Assembly (NCBI GenBank): GCA_013416795.1
Contig: RQSC01000010.1
Span: forward strand, 211,949-275,948
DNA length: 64,000 bases
Reading direction: 5' to 3'
Source: Prasinococcaceae sp. CCMP 1430
Lineage: Eukaryota; Plantae; Prasinodermophyta
This document shows positions 9,490 through 23,328 of this stretch, piece after piece (position 1 is the stretch's first letter; every line of letters starts with the position of its first letter). The position numbers were made by a program, and so were the translations under genes. The notes under the pieces were generated by a model that saw only the letters and a program-made list of their open reading frames with translations, was not told where the DNA came from and ran no database searches.

Positions 9490-12400
9490 ATGTATTTAAA
9501 TTCGTCTAAACAAATTCACCGTTATCATTCTTATAAACAGAATTTATTAAGTTCACAACGAAATAGTTTTTTTTGGTTTATTCATGAAAGTTTTTATACT
9601 TTATCCTATCAACGTATTTTAAGAACAAAATATGGTTTTCTTCGCATTTCATTAGCTGGGGGAAATAAAATCCTATGTTTACCGCGTATCACAGCTGATG
9701 AAGCATTACGTTGTAATAAAACCTATGGCTCAATTGCTTATGTTCCTTGTATTATTGATATATTTTTTTATCAACAAAAAAATAATAATTTATTAGGAAG
9801 AAAATCAACTAATTTTTCATTAACTAACTCGGGACTACCCCACCTAAATAAAACCTTTCATCAAAATGAAATGTTTTTTTATGGAAAACCACTATCATTT
9901 GTTTTTCCATTAAAATTTGCTTTAGTTCCTTTAATGGCAGGTAAAGGGGGTGATTTTATTATCCGAGGAATTCGACGAGTAATCGTAAATCAATTAGTAC
10001 GTAATCCCGGGGTTTATTATAGTGTAAAAGTTAATAAAAAAGGATTACGTTTATATACGATTAAATTTTTATTTTTACAACGTTCATGGTTACAAATTTC
10101 AACAGATAGAAATTTATGCTTATGGGTTGAAATTATCCCACGTAAACAAAAAATTCCAGTTCCATTATTTTTACAAGTTTTGGGGTTTACACAATCAGAG
10201 ATTGATAAAGCCTTTCCTGGGAATAAAGCATTTTTCCGCCCTACTTATAACTATTTACAAAATAAAGGATTTCAAATTAATCAGAATGACAAAGAAATTA
10301 CATTTCATGAATCATTAAAACAATTTGCATTTTTTATGGGATTTTCTGGTAAATTAGGGGCTGTTAAAGCGTATTTCTTAATTAAACAACGCTATATTAG
10401 TCCTTTTACTGCATGTTTACTTGGTAAATTTGGTAGACGAAATTTAAATGATAAATTTGGTCTTGCAAATAATTCAACAGTGAGCATTACACCTGAAGAT
10501 TTATTATTAGCAATTCGTGAATTATTTCTTATTCATCATGGTCAAGCTAGTATTGATAATATTGACCAACTTAAAAATCGTCGTGTTCGTACAGTTGGTG
10601 AATTATTAAGTGAACCACTTCATGAATTATCACAATTTCAAAAATTAGATAAATTTAATTATAAACGAACTCAACCTCGTAAACGTCAAACAAAGAAAAC
10701 AACATTACGACCACAAATTGGTTTTCGAAAGATTTGGCGTAAATTTTTGCTTAAAACTTTAGTAAAACAGGGTGTTGGACTCCAAAATTGGATGAATTCT
10801 TTTGTGTTACGAAGTTTATATCCAGAATGGAGAAAAATTTTTACTTTAAACCCGTTATCGCAATTATTAGATGAAACAAATGCATTAGCCAGTGTTACGC
10901 ATAAACGCCGTATTAGTTGTTTAGGTCCAGGAGGGTTAAAACGCGAAACAGCTGGTTTTTCTGTCCGTGATATTCATCCAAGCTATTATGGGAAATTGTG
11001 TCCAATTGAAACCCCAGAAGGACAGAATGCTGGTTTAATTTCATCTTTATCATTGTATTCTCGCTTAGATAAGAATGGGATTTTAGAATCACCTGTATTT
11101 AGTGGACGTTATCGACGCTGTAATTTTCATAATAATCCACAATTTTTCTCTGCTATTGAAGATTTTTCATTCCGTCGAGTAACAAGTGATTATGCATTAC
11201 AAGCACATGAATTTCAACTATTCCCGCAACCACTTTTTGCGCGTTCAAATGAACAATTTCTTCAATATCTAAGTCAATTTGTAACAGCTTTTGATGTTTC
11301 TCCATGTCAAATTTTATCAGTGGCTACTGCCTTAATTCCTTTTGTTGAACATAATGATGCAAACCGTGCATTAATGGGATCAAACATGCAACGTCAGGCA
11401 ATTCCTCTATTAAAAAATGAACGTCCTCTTATCGGTACCGGGTTAGAAGCTCATGTCGTGTATGATTCAGGAACAAGTATTCATTCAAATTCAGCTGGTT
11501 GGGTTCCATATGCTGACAGTAAAAAAATCTTTACACGATCATTTTTTTCTAAGCCATATCAAATTTTTACACATAGAATTAAATTATTTACTTCAGCAAA
11601 TTATCGATTTCAAAATATTAGTAAACTCTTACAAAAAGGGTGGCATTTATACACTTTAACAAACCAACAACGAACAAATCAAGGTTTAGCATACCATCAT
11701 CGAGTTACAGCTCAGAATGGGGAGTGGATCTCACCTGGAACCTTATTAGCAGAGAGTTTTTCAAGTGATGGTGGAGAATTAGCTGTTGGTAAAAATTTAC
11801 TATTAGCTTATATGCCCTGGGAAGGTTATAATTTTGAAGATGCTTTAGTAATCAGTGAAAGTTGTATTAAAAATGATATGTATACATCTTTTCATATCAA
11901 GAAATTTGAAACTAATATTCGCTCGCAAAAACGAGGGTATGAATTATTAACTGCAGACATTCCTGGGGGCATTGGTGTTGATACAAATCAGCTAAACCCT
12001 TCTGGTATTGGTACTGTTGGGGCTTGGGTTAAACAAAAAGATATTCTTGTTGGTAAACTAGCATTCTCACCAACGCATGAACCATTACCTGAAGAACGTT
12101 TATTAAAAGCTATTTTTGGGGCACCTGTTCCAACAGGAAAAGATGTATCCTTAAGAATGCCTGCACAAAAATCAGGTCGTATTTTAAATATATCTCAAAC
12201 CCCAACAAAAGGAGTACGTTTAAGTATTGGTTATGAACATCGTTTACAAGTTGGTGATAAAATGGCAGGTCGACATGGAAATAAAGGTATTATTGCTGCT
12301 ATCTTACCTGAAGCAAATATGCCTTATACCCAAGACGGTGCACCCATTGATATTATTTTAAACCCTCTAGGTGTACCATCACGAATGAACGTAGGTCAAA

Positions 12401-12984
12401 TTTTTGAAGGGCTATTAGGTTGGTCTTCTTCACTATTAGGTTATCAAGTTCGAAATTTACCTTTTGATGAAATGTTTGGAAAAGAAAGTTCGCGTAGTTT
12501 AATTTATCAAAATTTATGGAATGCTTGTCGCGTGTCGGGCTTACGTTGGGTATTTGAACCAACTCATCCTGGAAAAAGTGTTTTATTTGATGGTCGTACT
12601 GGCCGACCATTTGATCAACCAATTATGATCACAAAAAGTTATATGTTGAAATTAAACCATTTAGTTGAACATAAAATTCATGCACGTTCGACTGGTCCAT
12701 ACTCTTTAATTACTCAGCAACCTGTTGGTGGTCGTGCTAAAAATGGTGGTCAACGTTTTGGAGAAATGGAAGTTTGGGCCTTAGAAGGTTATGGAGCAGC
12801 TTATATATTACATGAATTATTAACATTAAAATCTGATGATTTATTAGGGCGTGAAAAAATGTTACAAGCTCTTTTCAGTAGCGAGACTCTTCCATTTCCA
12901 GCAACTCCTGAATCTTTCCTTGTTCTTGTACGTGAATTACGTTCATTATGTTTTGATATTGAAGGTTTGCGTTTAGTGAAATAA
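9490..12984 (+). CDS. rpoB: Plastid RNA polymerase beta subunit
   Basis: THKRRIS.LGPGG, CPIETPEGQNAGL, ALMGSNMQRQA, GDKMAGRHGNKG, GGQRFGEMEVWALE. Confidence 0.97.
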   Translation: MYLNSSKQIHRYHSYKQNLLSSQRNSFFWFIHESFYTLSYQRILRTKYGFLRISLAGGNKILCLPRITADEALRCNKTYGSIAYVPCIIDIFFYQQKNNNLLGRKSTNFSLTNSGLPHLNKTFHQNEMFFYGKPLSFVFPLKFALVPLMAGKGGDFIIRGIRRVIVNQLVRNPGVYYSVKVNKKGLRLYTIKFLFLQRSWLQISTDRNLCLWVEIIPRKQKIPVPLFLQVLGFTQSEIDKAFPGNKAFFRPTYNYLQNKGFQINQNDKEITFHESLKQFAFFMGFSGKLGAVKAYFLIKQRYISPFTACLLGKFGRRNLNDKFGLANNSTVSITPEDLLLAIRELFLIHHGQASIDNIDQLKNRRVRTVGELLSEPLHELSQFQKLDKFNYKRTQPRKRQTKKTTLRPQIGFRKIWRKFLLKTLVKQGVGLQNWMNSFVLRSLYPEWRKIFTLNPLSQLLDETNALASVTHKRRISCLGPGGLKRETAGFSVRDIHPSYYGKLCPIETPEGQNAGLISSLSLYSRLDKNGILESPVFSGRYRRCNFHNNPQFFSAIEDFSFRRVTSDYALQAHEFQLFPQPLFARSNEQFLQYLSQFVTAFDVSPCQILSVATALIPFVEHNDANRALMGSNMQRQAIPLLKNERPLIGTGLEAHVVYDSGTSIHSNSAGWVPYADSKKIFTRSFFSKPYQIFTHRIKLFTSANYRFQNISKLLQKGWHLYTLTNQQRTNQGLAYHHRVTAQNGEWISPGTLLAESFSSDGGELAVGKNLLLAYMPWEGYNFEDALVISESCIKNDMYTSFHIKKFETNIRSQKRGYELLTADIPGGIGVDTNQLNPSGIGTVGAWVKQKDILVGKLAFSPTHEPLPEERLLKAIFGAPVPTGKDVSLRMPAQKSGRILNISQTPTKGVRLSIGYEHRLQVGDKMAGRHGNKGIIAAILPEANMPYTQDGAPIDIILNPLGVPSRMNVGQIFEGLLGWSSSLLGYQVRNLPFDEMFGKESSRSLIYQNLWNACRVSGLRWVFEPTHPGKSVLFDGRTGRPFDQPIMITKSYMLKLNHLVEHKIHARSTGPYSLITQQPVGGRAKNGGQRFGEMEVWALEGYGAAYILHELLTLKSDDLLGREKMLQALFSSETLPFPATPESFLVLVRELRSLCFDIEGLRLVK

Positions 12985-13028
12985 AAACTTTATAAAAATA
13001 ACCAAGTAGTTAAAAATTTTTATCAAAT

Positions 13029-15197
13029 ATGAAAAATTCTTTAAATGTACAAGCGCCATTTCAAGCTATTCGTATTAGGTTAGCCTCACCTGAACGTATT
13101 ATTTTGTGGGGTACAACCCCACAACCTAAAAAGAATAATGTTTGGCGACACACAACAGTTGAAAAAGCTGAAACTATTAATTATCGAACACATAAACCTG
13201 TTAAAAATGGTCTTTTTTGTGAACGTATTTTTGGACCTATTTTTGATATGGAATGTGCATGCACAACTGTTAAAAAGAAAAAACGTCGTGAAAAACACCA
13301 TGGTATTCGTTATTTTTGTCCGACATGTCAGGTAGAATTTACTCAATCGTCAGTTCGACGCTATCAAATGAGTACTATCCAATTATCGATGCCAATTACT
13401 CATTCATGGTATTTAAAATCTCGCCCTTCACCAATTTCGACCTTAACTGGCTTTCGACCTTTACTTCTAGAACTAATTGATGGAGGCTTTGTTCAAGTTC
13501 ATGAGAGTTTATTTAAACGTCAGGATTTATTAGGAAATGGACGAAAAGTGAAGACTGCAATTAAACGTTTACGTATTCATCCTTTAAAGCCACTTTTTGG
13601 TAAGACTGAAAGAGCTCAAAAATTATGTTCACAACGTGCTTTACGATGGGTTACAGAATCTTTAGAGATTTATCCTACTGAGCAAAATAAAGAATTTTCT
13701 CGCTATTTACTTACGCGCACTCGAAAAGAAGGATGGTTTCAAACACGTGCCCAACAAAATAATATTAAAACATTATGGGGGGGAGATGTTCATTATTATA
13801 ACCACGCGGAAGCCATAGGATACCTTTTAGAATCAGCAAATAAACCATATAATCGTTATTTAGAAGAACGTATTATTAGAACCACTAGTTGTTTACCTCG
13901 AGTCCTTCAATCATTTTATATTGATGAACCACGTCAATCAAAATTAAAACGTTTGAAAAGACAATTTAAATTACAAGCTTTACGAGTAAGAAAGAATTTT
14001 GTATTAGGTGGTGTAAATCCTGGATGGATGATTATCCACTGTTTACCGGTTTTACCACCGACGTTGCGACCATTATTACAATTAAGTGATGACCGTTTTG
14101 CGACTTCTGATTTAAATGACTTATATCGTCGAGTATTAATTCGAAATAAAGCTTTAGAAAAGCTAATTGAAATTGATGCGCCTCTAACAAGTTGTTCATT
14201 TGCTCGCGGGTTAGTTGTTAAGAGTGTTGAAGTTTTATTTAGTAATAGTAAAGGCCGTAACGCGGCTGTCGGCCGTAATGCCCGTCCCTTAAAAAGTTTA
14301 ATTGATAATATTAAAGGTAAACAAGGACGTTTTCGTTGGAATTTATTAGGAAAGCGCGTTGATTATTCAGGACGTTCAGTCATTGTAGTTGGACCAAGTC
14401 TACAATTACATGAATGTGGTTTACCACGTGAAATGGCGTTGGAATTATTCCAACCATTTGTAATTCAAAAGTTATTAGAAAGTAAATTAACCCGAACAGT
14501 TCGTGGGGCCAAATTAATTATCTATTACCGTATTCCAATTATTTGGCAATTATTATTGGAAACAGTTCAAAGCCGTTTAATTTTCTTAAATCGTGCTCCA
14601 AGTTTACACCGTTTAAGTGTTCAAGCTTTCGTACCTGTTTTAATTGGAGGAAAAGCAATTCGTTTACACCCTCTCGTTTGTCCACCTTTTAACGCTGATT
14701 TTGATGGGGATCAAATGGCAGTTCATGTTCCACTTGCAAAATCATCTCAACTTGAAGCACGTACGATTTTACTTTCAACATTAAACTTAGTTTCACCAGC
14801 AAATGGGCAACCAATTACAGCTCCTAGTCAAGATATGATTTTAGGGTTTTACTATTTAACTCTTCAACCACTCTCTGAATATTACAAATTTCAACAAGAA
14901 CCAATTTTTGGAAATCTGAAAGAAGCATTATCGTGGATTTATACGAAAATGCCATCTCCTCATTTAATGCTTTGGGTTCGTATGCGTGTAAATATGACAA
15001 TTCCAAATAAGAAAAACCGTATTTATTATGCTTGTTTACTTCCGTATGGAAATAAAACAACCTTATCACATGTAGGTAAAAATGATTTCAATAGTTCGTC
15101 AGAAAAAATGGGTTCATATCATAGAATTAGTGTTGGAAGACTTTTATTTAGTGTTCATTTATCTTGTTGTGCTCTTTCAAATCGCTCAGATTTTTAA
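13029..15197 (+). CDS. rpoC1: Plastid RNA polymerase beta' subunit
   Basis: GLFCERIFGP, zinc-finger Cys residues, GKQGRFR.NLLGKRVDYSGRSVI, catalytic NADFDGDQMAVH. Confidence 0.97.
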   Translation: MKNSLNVQAPFQAIRIRLASPERIILWGTTPQPKKNNVWRHTTVEKAETINYRTHKPVKNGLFCERIFGPIFDMECACTTVKKKKRREKHHGIRYFCPTCQVEFTQSSVRRYQMSTIQLSMPITHSWYLKSRPSPISTLTGFRPLLLELIDGGFVQVHESLFKRQDLLGNGRKVKTAIKRLRIHPLKPLFGKTERAQKLCSQRALRWVTESLEIYPTEQNKEFSRYLLTRTRKEGWFQTRAQQNNIKTLWGGDVHYYNHAEAIGYLLESANKPYNRYLEERIIRTTSCLPRVLQSFYIDEPRQSKLKRLKRQFKLQALRVRKNFVLGGVNPGWMIIHCLPVLPPTLRPLLQLSDDRFATSDLNDLYRRVLIRNKALEKLIEIDAPLTSCSFARGLVVKSVEVLFSNSKGRNAAVGRNARPLKSLIDNIKGKQGRFRWNLLGKRVDYSGRSVIVVGPSLQLHECGLPREMALELFQPFVIQKLLESKLTRTVRGAKLIIYYRIPIIWQLLLETVQSRLIFLNRAPSLHRLSVQAFVPVLIGGKAIRLHPLVCPPFNADFDGDQMAVHVPLAKSSQLEARTILLSTLNLVSPANGQPITAPSQDMILGFYYLTLQPLSEYYKFQQEPIFGNLKEALSWIYTKMPSPHLMLWVRMRVNMTIPNKKNRIYYACLLPYGNKTTLSHVGKNDFNSSSEKMGSYHRISVGRLLFSVHLSCCALSNRSDF

Positions 15198-15239
15198 TTA
15201 TTTTATAATTTAAAAATTGTACAAGTTTTATAATTATTT

Positions 15240-18200
15240 ATGCAAAAAAATTATCCAAATCTTGATCTCTTAGCAAGTACCCCTATTTTATATTCAACAA
15301 CCTTTGATAAAGGTACAGTTAAGCGACTAATTAGCTGGTGGGGTCAACATTACGGTTTTATTAAAACTGCACGTATGTTAGATATTTTAAAACATGTCGG
15401 ATTTTATCAAGCAACATTAGCAGGTGTTTCTATTAGTGTTCATGACTTGCATATCCCACATGAAAAAAAGAATGTTTTACAAAAAGCACAAAATGATATT
15501 AATCTAACTTCACAAAAATGGCAAGCAGGTTTAATTACTTCAAGTGAACGTGTACAAAAAGCACTCTATACTTGGACATATGCCAATGATTTATTAAAAC
15601 CAGGAATTTTACATTATTTTTTATCAACAAATCCTTTTAATCCCGTCTATATGATGGCATTTTCAGGAGCACGTGGTAACATTTCTCAAGTTCGACAATT
15701 AATTGGTATGCGCGGATTAATGTCAAATTCTAAAGGAACATTAATTGAATTTCCAATTACAAGTAACTTTCGTGAAGGATTATCTATTTCTGAATATGTG
15801 ATGTCATGTTATGGGGCACGTAAAGGTCTTGTAGATACTGCGATTCGAACAGCGGATGCTGGGTATATGACTCGCCGTTTAGTAGATGTAGCACATGCAT
15901 TAGTCATTCGTACCGCAGATTGTGAAACAAAAAAAGGTATTTTTTTAGAACCTTTAAAATTAGAAAATAAAATTGCCGTTTCTCTTGAAAAACGTAGTAT
16001 TGGGCGAGTCTTAGCTGAAGATCTTTATCTTAATTCTGCAAAAAAACCTATTTTAACGCGTAATAGTGTAATTACTCCGCGTGAGACAGATAGATTAAAA
16101 GATTCGGTTCTTGTACGATCGCCAATTACTTGTGAATGTCAAAATTCACTTTGCCAATTATGTTATGGTTGGTCTCTGTGTTCAAATACAATTATTTCAA
16201 TAGGTGAAGCAGTTGGTATTATTGCTGCTCAATCAATTGGAGAACCAGGAACACAATTAACCATGCGAACATTCCATACAGGTGGTGTTTTCAGTGGAAA
16301 AAGTCAAAGTTTAATTCGTTCACCTCGTACTGGAATCTTACAAATTCATCCAAAACCTGATACTTTAGCCTATGAACGTACAGCCTTTGGTGAAGATGGT
16401 TATGAAGCATTACCACATACACGAATTCAAATTATTAATGAAAGTGTCGTAGAATCTACAAGTTTTAGTATTCCAGAAGGTTCTATTATTATTGTGAGAA
16501 ATAATGAAGCTGTCACATATGGTCAGGTAATTGCAATGCCACCACAAAATACAAACGTGTTAGAAGATCAAGAAATGACAAGTGAACCGATTTTTGCCCC
16601 CATTTCAGGTGAAATCGGCGTAACATGTTTTTCAAATTTAAAACTTTGTATTCCTCTTGGAACGTTTTCACGTAATGTGCAAAAAGCTGTTTTATCTGAA
16701 ACCGCTATTTTAGAATCAGATCGTTATTACTTTTTTAATCAAAATGTAAATCTACATACTGAACAAACATCCTTCCATGAAAAGCGAAATCAGTTAAGAA
16801 CTACACTTTCTCATCAATTACAAAAATTAGATATTTCAGAAACCTTTATTGATGAAATTTGGAACGCAAATACAACCAAATTATTAAATGGTTCACCAAG
16901 TGGTATTAAAAATGAATTGTTACGACTTTCTCGAAACAATAGTGAAAAACAAACACAGATTCATAAATTATCTCCAGAATTAGTTAAAGATATTTTATTA
17001 TTAGAAACTTTTGAAAGTTCTTTACATAATGAGAATCTACGTTCTACACTAATTCAAAAAGCATTAACGTGGCATGATTTATTTTACCAAACAAAAAAAT
17101 TATCACGTTCATACTCAAATTGGAAATCTAATTTAATTAAAACTTTAGACGAACAGGCTACTGAAAATATTAAATTCGTTAATAACCAAGATCAACTTTT
17201 TAAGTCATTAAGAAAAACGCTTCAAAATAACGCGTATACTGCAAGAAATAGTACGGAGTTTCCACACTACATCATTAATTTAGAAAAAGATGATTTTAGT
17301 TTTTTAAAATATCCGTCATTTCAATTTATTATTGCTCAAGCTGATTTCCAAAAAACATCATTGTTAGGGGCTCAAATTGGGGATAAAATTTATAGTAATG
17401 CTATCATTCAATTTAAATTGAATAATCCTAAATCGTTAATTGATCATGGAACAACTAATAAAGTAAAGAATACCTTATTTAATAATCGTGTTAACAATCT
17501 AAAATTTAAAAGATTACATTGGAGTTATAGAGGCTTATTGCAATATCCTTTATATAAATTTTTTACGAAATATACAAATAATTTTATTATTATTAATCGT
17601 TGTTTTTCTTTACCAACAAAAAGTTTTTTTAGTAAGAAAAAATTTAATAAGCGAACGAAAAAACCTTCATTTATGTTACATGATTTACATGTAATAAAAA
17701 AATGTGATTCTAAGTCCCGTTATGGTAGTATTGGGCAATATAAAAGTACTGAAAATTATATTATTGGAACAGTTAGTAAAACATCTAAGAATGGCCTTTA
17801 TTCAAGTTTCTCAACACCAATTTTATTACAGAAAAAATCGCAAAAACGTAAAATTCTTTTTTCTGAAAAATTACGTTCTGGAGCGTTTATTTATAAAAAT
17901 AAAAACAAGAAAACCAATAAAAGCTCATTTGTAAATGAAGTAAATCTATTTCCCCAAAAAGCATTATGGAACTTTACAAAGACAGATAAAATTACAAAGT
18001 TAGAACAAAGTATAAAAGGTTCGTTAGTTGGTTCCTTATTTAGTTTACATAATTTCTACAATTTAAATAGTGAAAGTACTTGGTTTTCAAATTTTTTTCA
18101 AACTAATGTTACAGTATTTACGAAAACTAATTATAGTTTAAGAAAAAACAGTAAAGTAATTTCAACCATTAAATCTCAAGTTATGACACTTTGGAATCTA

Positions 18201-20486
18201 CGAATGGTTAATCAACGAGACTTACTAGCTAACCGTAATTTATCATTTATTAACCGTTGGGTTTATTTTACAAAGTATAGTCCAATTCCAAATGCAATTT
18301 TTCCTTCACAAAGTTTTACTCAAAAATTAAATTTAGGAAATACAAATACAAATTGGTCTTTATGCTTAAAGAATAATCATTTTTTATTCTGTCAATTTAC
18401 AAATCAACAAAGTATTAATGAATTTTATCGTCGTTTATTTGTAATTATTCAAAATTCAATTCCAACAAATTTAGTAACTTTTTATAATTCACAAAAACTA
18501 CCAAACATTACAAATACGAGTACAAATTTTTTAACTCATACATCAAATGTACTAACATCTAAACGAACTAGTCTTAATTCTACTCAATTAACTTTTTCAT
18601 ATGCGCAAAAAAGTGGATTAATTTTAAAGACAAATATAACTAAAAATAAGAAATTCGTAGATAAAACTACAAATTATTTATTATATTTAACATCTAAGAA
18701 TATTCATACGTTTTATACAAAAAATTCAACTTATTATCCACTAAATGCTTCATATCGACAAGGTGATTCATTAAATTTAAACGGTTATAACAAATTACAA
18801 AAAATTAATGAATTAACATTACCAAGTTCTATTCTATCCAATTTTCAAGAAAAACCATCTAGTTTACACGCATCGAAAAAAATTCCATATTCAGGAGTAC
18901 TCTTTGCTGTCCATACAGTTGGTCTTTCAATTCGAAAAGCAACTTTCACGCAAATTCCGTTAATTAAGCAATATTGCCCAAAAGTGTTATTTAATATAGA
19001 ACAAATTCGTATTGCTAAAACAATTAAAAATCAGCAAAAAAAGAAAATTATTTCGAATGATTTTAGAAAACTAAACGAACAATTAAAGACTCAAAAATTA
19101 GTTGATTTAATTTCTACATTAGGGTTAACTAAATTAACCCAAGATGAAATGGTTTTAATTTTTGAAAAATTAATTGGAACGTTAAATTATTCAAAAGTAA
19201 CCGATTCGACCATTGCTGTAAAAGAAAAAACCTATTTTGATGAAAGTCTGGTATGTTGGCATTCAAATACAATTGAAAATTTAGTTCAAAAATGGATTCG
19301 TCAAACTCAGCCTCATACATTAAAACCCACGCGTTTTATTTTTGCTGGAGATTTTTTAGCAGACCTAGTGTACTATAAACCAACTACGAGTGATATTGTT
19401 CAAGGATTACCAAAAGTTGAATCTCTTTTTGAAGGGCGAAAATTAGTACGTATTGAATTAGCTTTAATGTTTGATTTTGTTAAAAAGATCTTTATGCGTT
19501 ACCAAAATTTTGGTATGATTAAGTTTTTTGTTTCAGAAGATAAGAAAGTTCAATTTAAATCTAAGCGTAAAGTACTTACAATGGAGCAAAAAGTTTTTCA
19601 TGAACAAAATTCTTATACCCAATATTTAAATTTATTATTAAAATGTACTCGTAAACGTAGACGTAAAAAACAATCAAAAACAACAATTTTTAATCATTTC
19701 ATTAAAAATCGTTCACGTATCAGAAAAAATTGGAACCTCACAAATCCACAAACAAATATTCGTTTATTAACATCCTTTAATAAACCATACGTATTCCGTT
19801 ATCCATTACGTTCAATTGAGAAAAAATTATCACATACTCGTCGCTTTGAGTTAAAAAAACACGGGAACTTTTCTTCAAATCTTGTCTTTGATTTTCATTC
19901 TAATAGTTTACGAAAAAAATCTTTATATAAAAATATTCAAATTGAAGGTATTCGATATAGTTTAGTATTCTTGCAAACGATTCAATTATTTATTTTAGAA
20001 AATGTTCAAGCTGTATATTTTTCTCAAGGAGTAACGATTTCAGATAAACATATTGAAGTAATTATTCGTCAAATTACATCTAAAGTTCGTGTAACCTTAC
20101 CGGGTACAAGTCCAATTTCATCTGGTGAAATCGTTTCCTATAAAAAATTAGATAATCAAAATAAAAAGACAATTTATCAATCTCAATTTATTCCATATGT
20201 TTTAGGAATGACCCAAATGTCGTTATCAGCAGAAGGCTTTATCTCAGCGGCTAGTTTCCAAGAAACTAAACGTGTTTTAATCCAATCTGTAATTCATGGA
20301 CGTGTTGATTTTTTAAATGGTTTAAAAGAAAATGTTATTTTAGGGCATCGTTTAACAATTGGAAATAATTGTCAAATGGATTCTACACAAAATGTTGATA
20401 TTACAACCCCTATGGAACAGACTATTCAATTAAGTCAAACTACATTATATACTCGAATAAAAGTATTATTATTATCGACAATCTAA
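15240..20486 (+). CDS. rpoC2: Plastid RNA polymerase beta'' subunit with a long divergent central insertion
   Basis: MAFSGARGN, GARKGLVDTA..TADAGY.TRRLVDVA, SIGEPGTQLTMRTFHTGG, DIVQGLPKVE.LFE, FISAASFQET, LKENVILG. Confidence 0.96.
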   Translation: MQKNYPNLDLLASTPILYSTTFDKGTVKRLISWWGQHYGFIKTARMLDILKHVGFYQATLAGVSISVHDLHIPHEKKNVLQKAQNDINLTSQKWQAGLITSSERVQKALYTWTYANDLLKPGILHYFLSTNPFNPVYMMAFSGARGNISQVRQLIGMRGLMSNSKGTLIEFPITSNFREGLSISEYVMSCYGARKGLVDTAIRTADAGYMTRRLVDVAHALVIRTADCETKKGIFLEPLKLENKIAVSLEKRSIGRVLAEDLYLNSAKKPILTRNSVITPRETDRLKDSVLVRSPITCECQNSLCQLCYGWSLCSNTIISIGEAVGIIAAQSIGEPGTQLTMRTFHTGGVFSGKSQSLIRSPRTGILQIHPKPDTLAYERTAFGEDGYEALPHTRIQIINESVVESTSFSIPEGSIIIVRNNEAVTYGQVIAMPPQNTNVLEDQEMTSEPIFAPISGEIGVTCFSNLKLCIPLGTFSRNVQKAVLSETAILESDRYYFFNQNVNLHTEQTSFHEKRNQLRTTLSHQLQKLDISETFIDEIWNANTTKLLNGSPSGIKNELLRLSRNNSEKQTQIHKLSPELVKDILLLETFESSLHNENLRSTLIQKALTWHDLFYQTKKLSRSYSNWKSNLIKTLDEQATENIKFVNNQDQLFKSLRKTLQNNAYTARNSTEFPHYIINLEKDDFSFLKYPSFQFIIAQADFQKTSLLGAQIGDKIYSNAIIQFKLNNPKSLIDHGTTNKVKNTLFNNRVNNLKFKRLHWSYRGLLQYPLYKFFTKYTNNFIIINRCFSLPTKSFFSKKKFNKRTKKPSFMLHDLHVIKKCDSKSRYGSIGQYKSTENYIIGTVSKTSKNGLYSSFSTPILLQKKSQKRKILFSEKLRSGAFIYKNKNKKTNKSSFVNEVNLFPQKALWNFTKTDKITKLEQSIKGSLVGSLFSLHNFYNLNSESTWFSNFFQTNVTVFTKTNYSLRKNSKVISTIKSQVMTLWNLRMVNQRDLLANRNLSFINRWVYFTKYSPIPNAIFPSQSFTQKLNLGNTNTNWSLCLKNNHFLFCQFTNQQSINEFYRRLFVIIQNSIPTNLVTFYNSQKLPNITNTSTNFLTHTSNVLTSKRTSLNSTQLTFSYAQKSGLILKTNITKNKKFVDKTTNYLLYLTSKNIHTFYTKNSTYYPLNASYRQGDSLNLNGYNKLQKINELTLPSSILSNFQEKPSSLHASKKIPYSGVLFAVHTVGLSIRKATFTQIPLIKQYCPKVLFNIEQIRIAKTIKNQQKKKIISNDFRKLNEQLKTQKLVDLISTLGLTKLTQDEMVLIFEKLIGTLNYSKVTDSTIAVKEKTYFDESLVCWHSNTIENLVQKWIRQTQPHTLKPTRFIFAGDFLADLVYYKPTTSDIVQGLPKVESLFEGRKLVRIELALMFDFVKKIFMRYQNFGMIKFFVSEDKKVQFKSKRKVLTMEQKVFHEQNSYTQYLNLLLKCTRKRRRKKQSKTTIFNHFIKNRSRIRKNWNLTNPQTNIRLLTSFNKPYVFRYPLRSIEKKLSHTRRFELKKHGNFSSNLVFDFHSNSLRKKSLYKNIQIEGIRYSLVFLQTIQLFILENVQAVYFSQGVTISDKHIEVIIRQITSKVRVTLPGTSPISSGEIVSYKKLDNQNKKTIYQSQFIPYVLGMTQMSLSAEGFISAASFQETKRVLIQSVIHGRVDFLNGLKENVILGHRLTIGNNCQMDSTQNVDITTPMEQTIQLSQTTLYTRIKVLLLSTI

Positions 20487-20489
20487 AAA

Positions 20490-20526
20490 TGTGTTTCTCT
20501 AGAGAATTATTCTCTAGAGAAATACA
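20490..20526. terminator. Hairpin between convergent rpoC2 and trnY
   Basis: TGTGTTTCTCTAGAGAA / TTCTCTAGAGAAATACA arms with one G-U pair. Confidence 0.6.
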
Positions 20527-20579
20527 ATCGAAACATTAATAAAGAACTATGTTCTCAATGCATAAAAATTAATAAAAAT

Positions 20580-20661
20580 TGGGCCGAGCTGGATTCGAAC
20601 CAGCGTAAGCAATGCTAGCGGATTTACAATCCGCCCCCTTTAGCCACTCGGGCATCGACCC
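20580..20661 (-). tRNA. trnY: tRNA-Tyr(GUA)
   Basis: Reverse complement GGGTCGATGCCCGAGTGG...GTA anticodon...GGTTCGAATCCAGCTCGGCCCA. Confidence 0.95.
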
Positions 20662-20869
20662 ATTAACTTAGTGTTCTATTTTATTAAATAGAATTTAAGT
20701 ATATTAGTAGTATTTTGTACTATTATTTAGTATACCAAATATTTTAATTTTTCTGCAACTTTTATAAATTATAAATAAAATAGTTATCATGTATAAAATA
20801 AATATAAAGAAAAGGTACTCACGTATACTAATAATAAAACTAATTTATAAATACTTTGGAGTCTTAAAT

Positions 20870-23097
<2,228 letters not shown>

Positions 23098-23114
23098 TTA
23101 AAAAAAAATTATTA

Positions 23115-23152
23115 ATTTAAATTTAACAGTTTTTTAACTGTTAAATTTAAAT
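23115..23152. terminator. Hairpin between convergent chlN and petG
   Basis: 17-bp perfect arms ATTTAAATTTAACAGTT / AACTGTTAAATTTAAAT. Confidence 0.7.
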
Positions 23153-23162
23153 ATAGTGAAGA

Positions 23163-23276
23163 TTATAAGTTTAATTGATCTCCACGGCGGTATTGTAAAT
23201 ATGCGGTTACGAATAAACCAGTAATTGTTACTGGAATAAGACCAAGAACAATTCCAGATAGTAATGGTTCTACCAT
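23163..23276 (-). CDS. petG: Cytochrome b6f subunit V
   Basis: Hand translation [37 protein letters not shown]. Confidence 0.97.
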   Translation of the reverse strand: MVEPLLSGIVLGLIPVTITGLFVTAYLQYRRGDQLNL

Positions 23277-23328
23277 GATTTATACTCCTTAATTATTTAA
23301 ATAGTGTTAGTTAAATTTTACCCAAAAA

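Noticed and set aside
16600-19300. Long low-complexity middle of rpoC2 as an intein or mobile insertion
   Set aside because: No intein splice-junction or endonuclease motifs seen; expanded, divergent central regions are usual in green-algal rpoC2.
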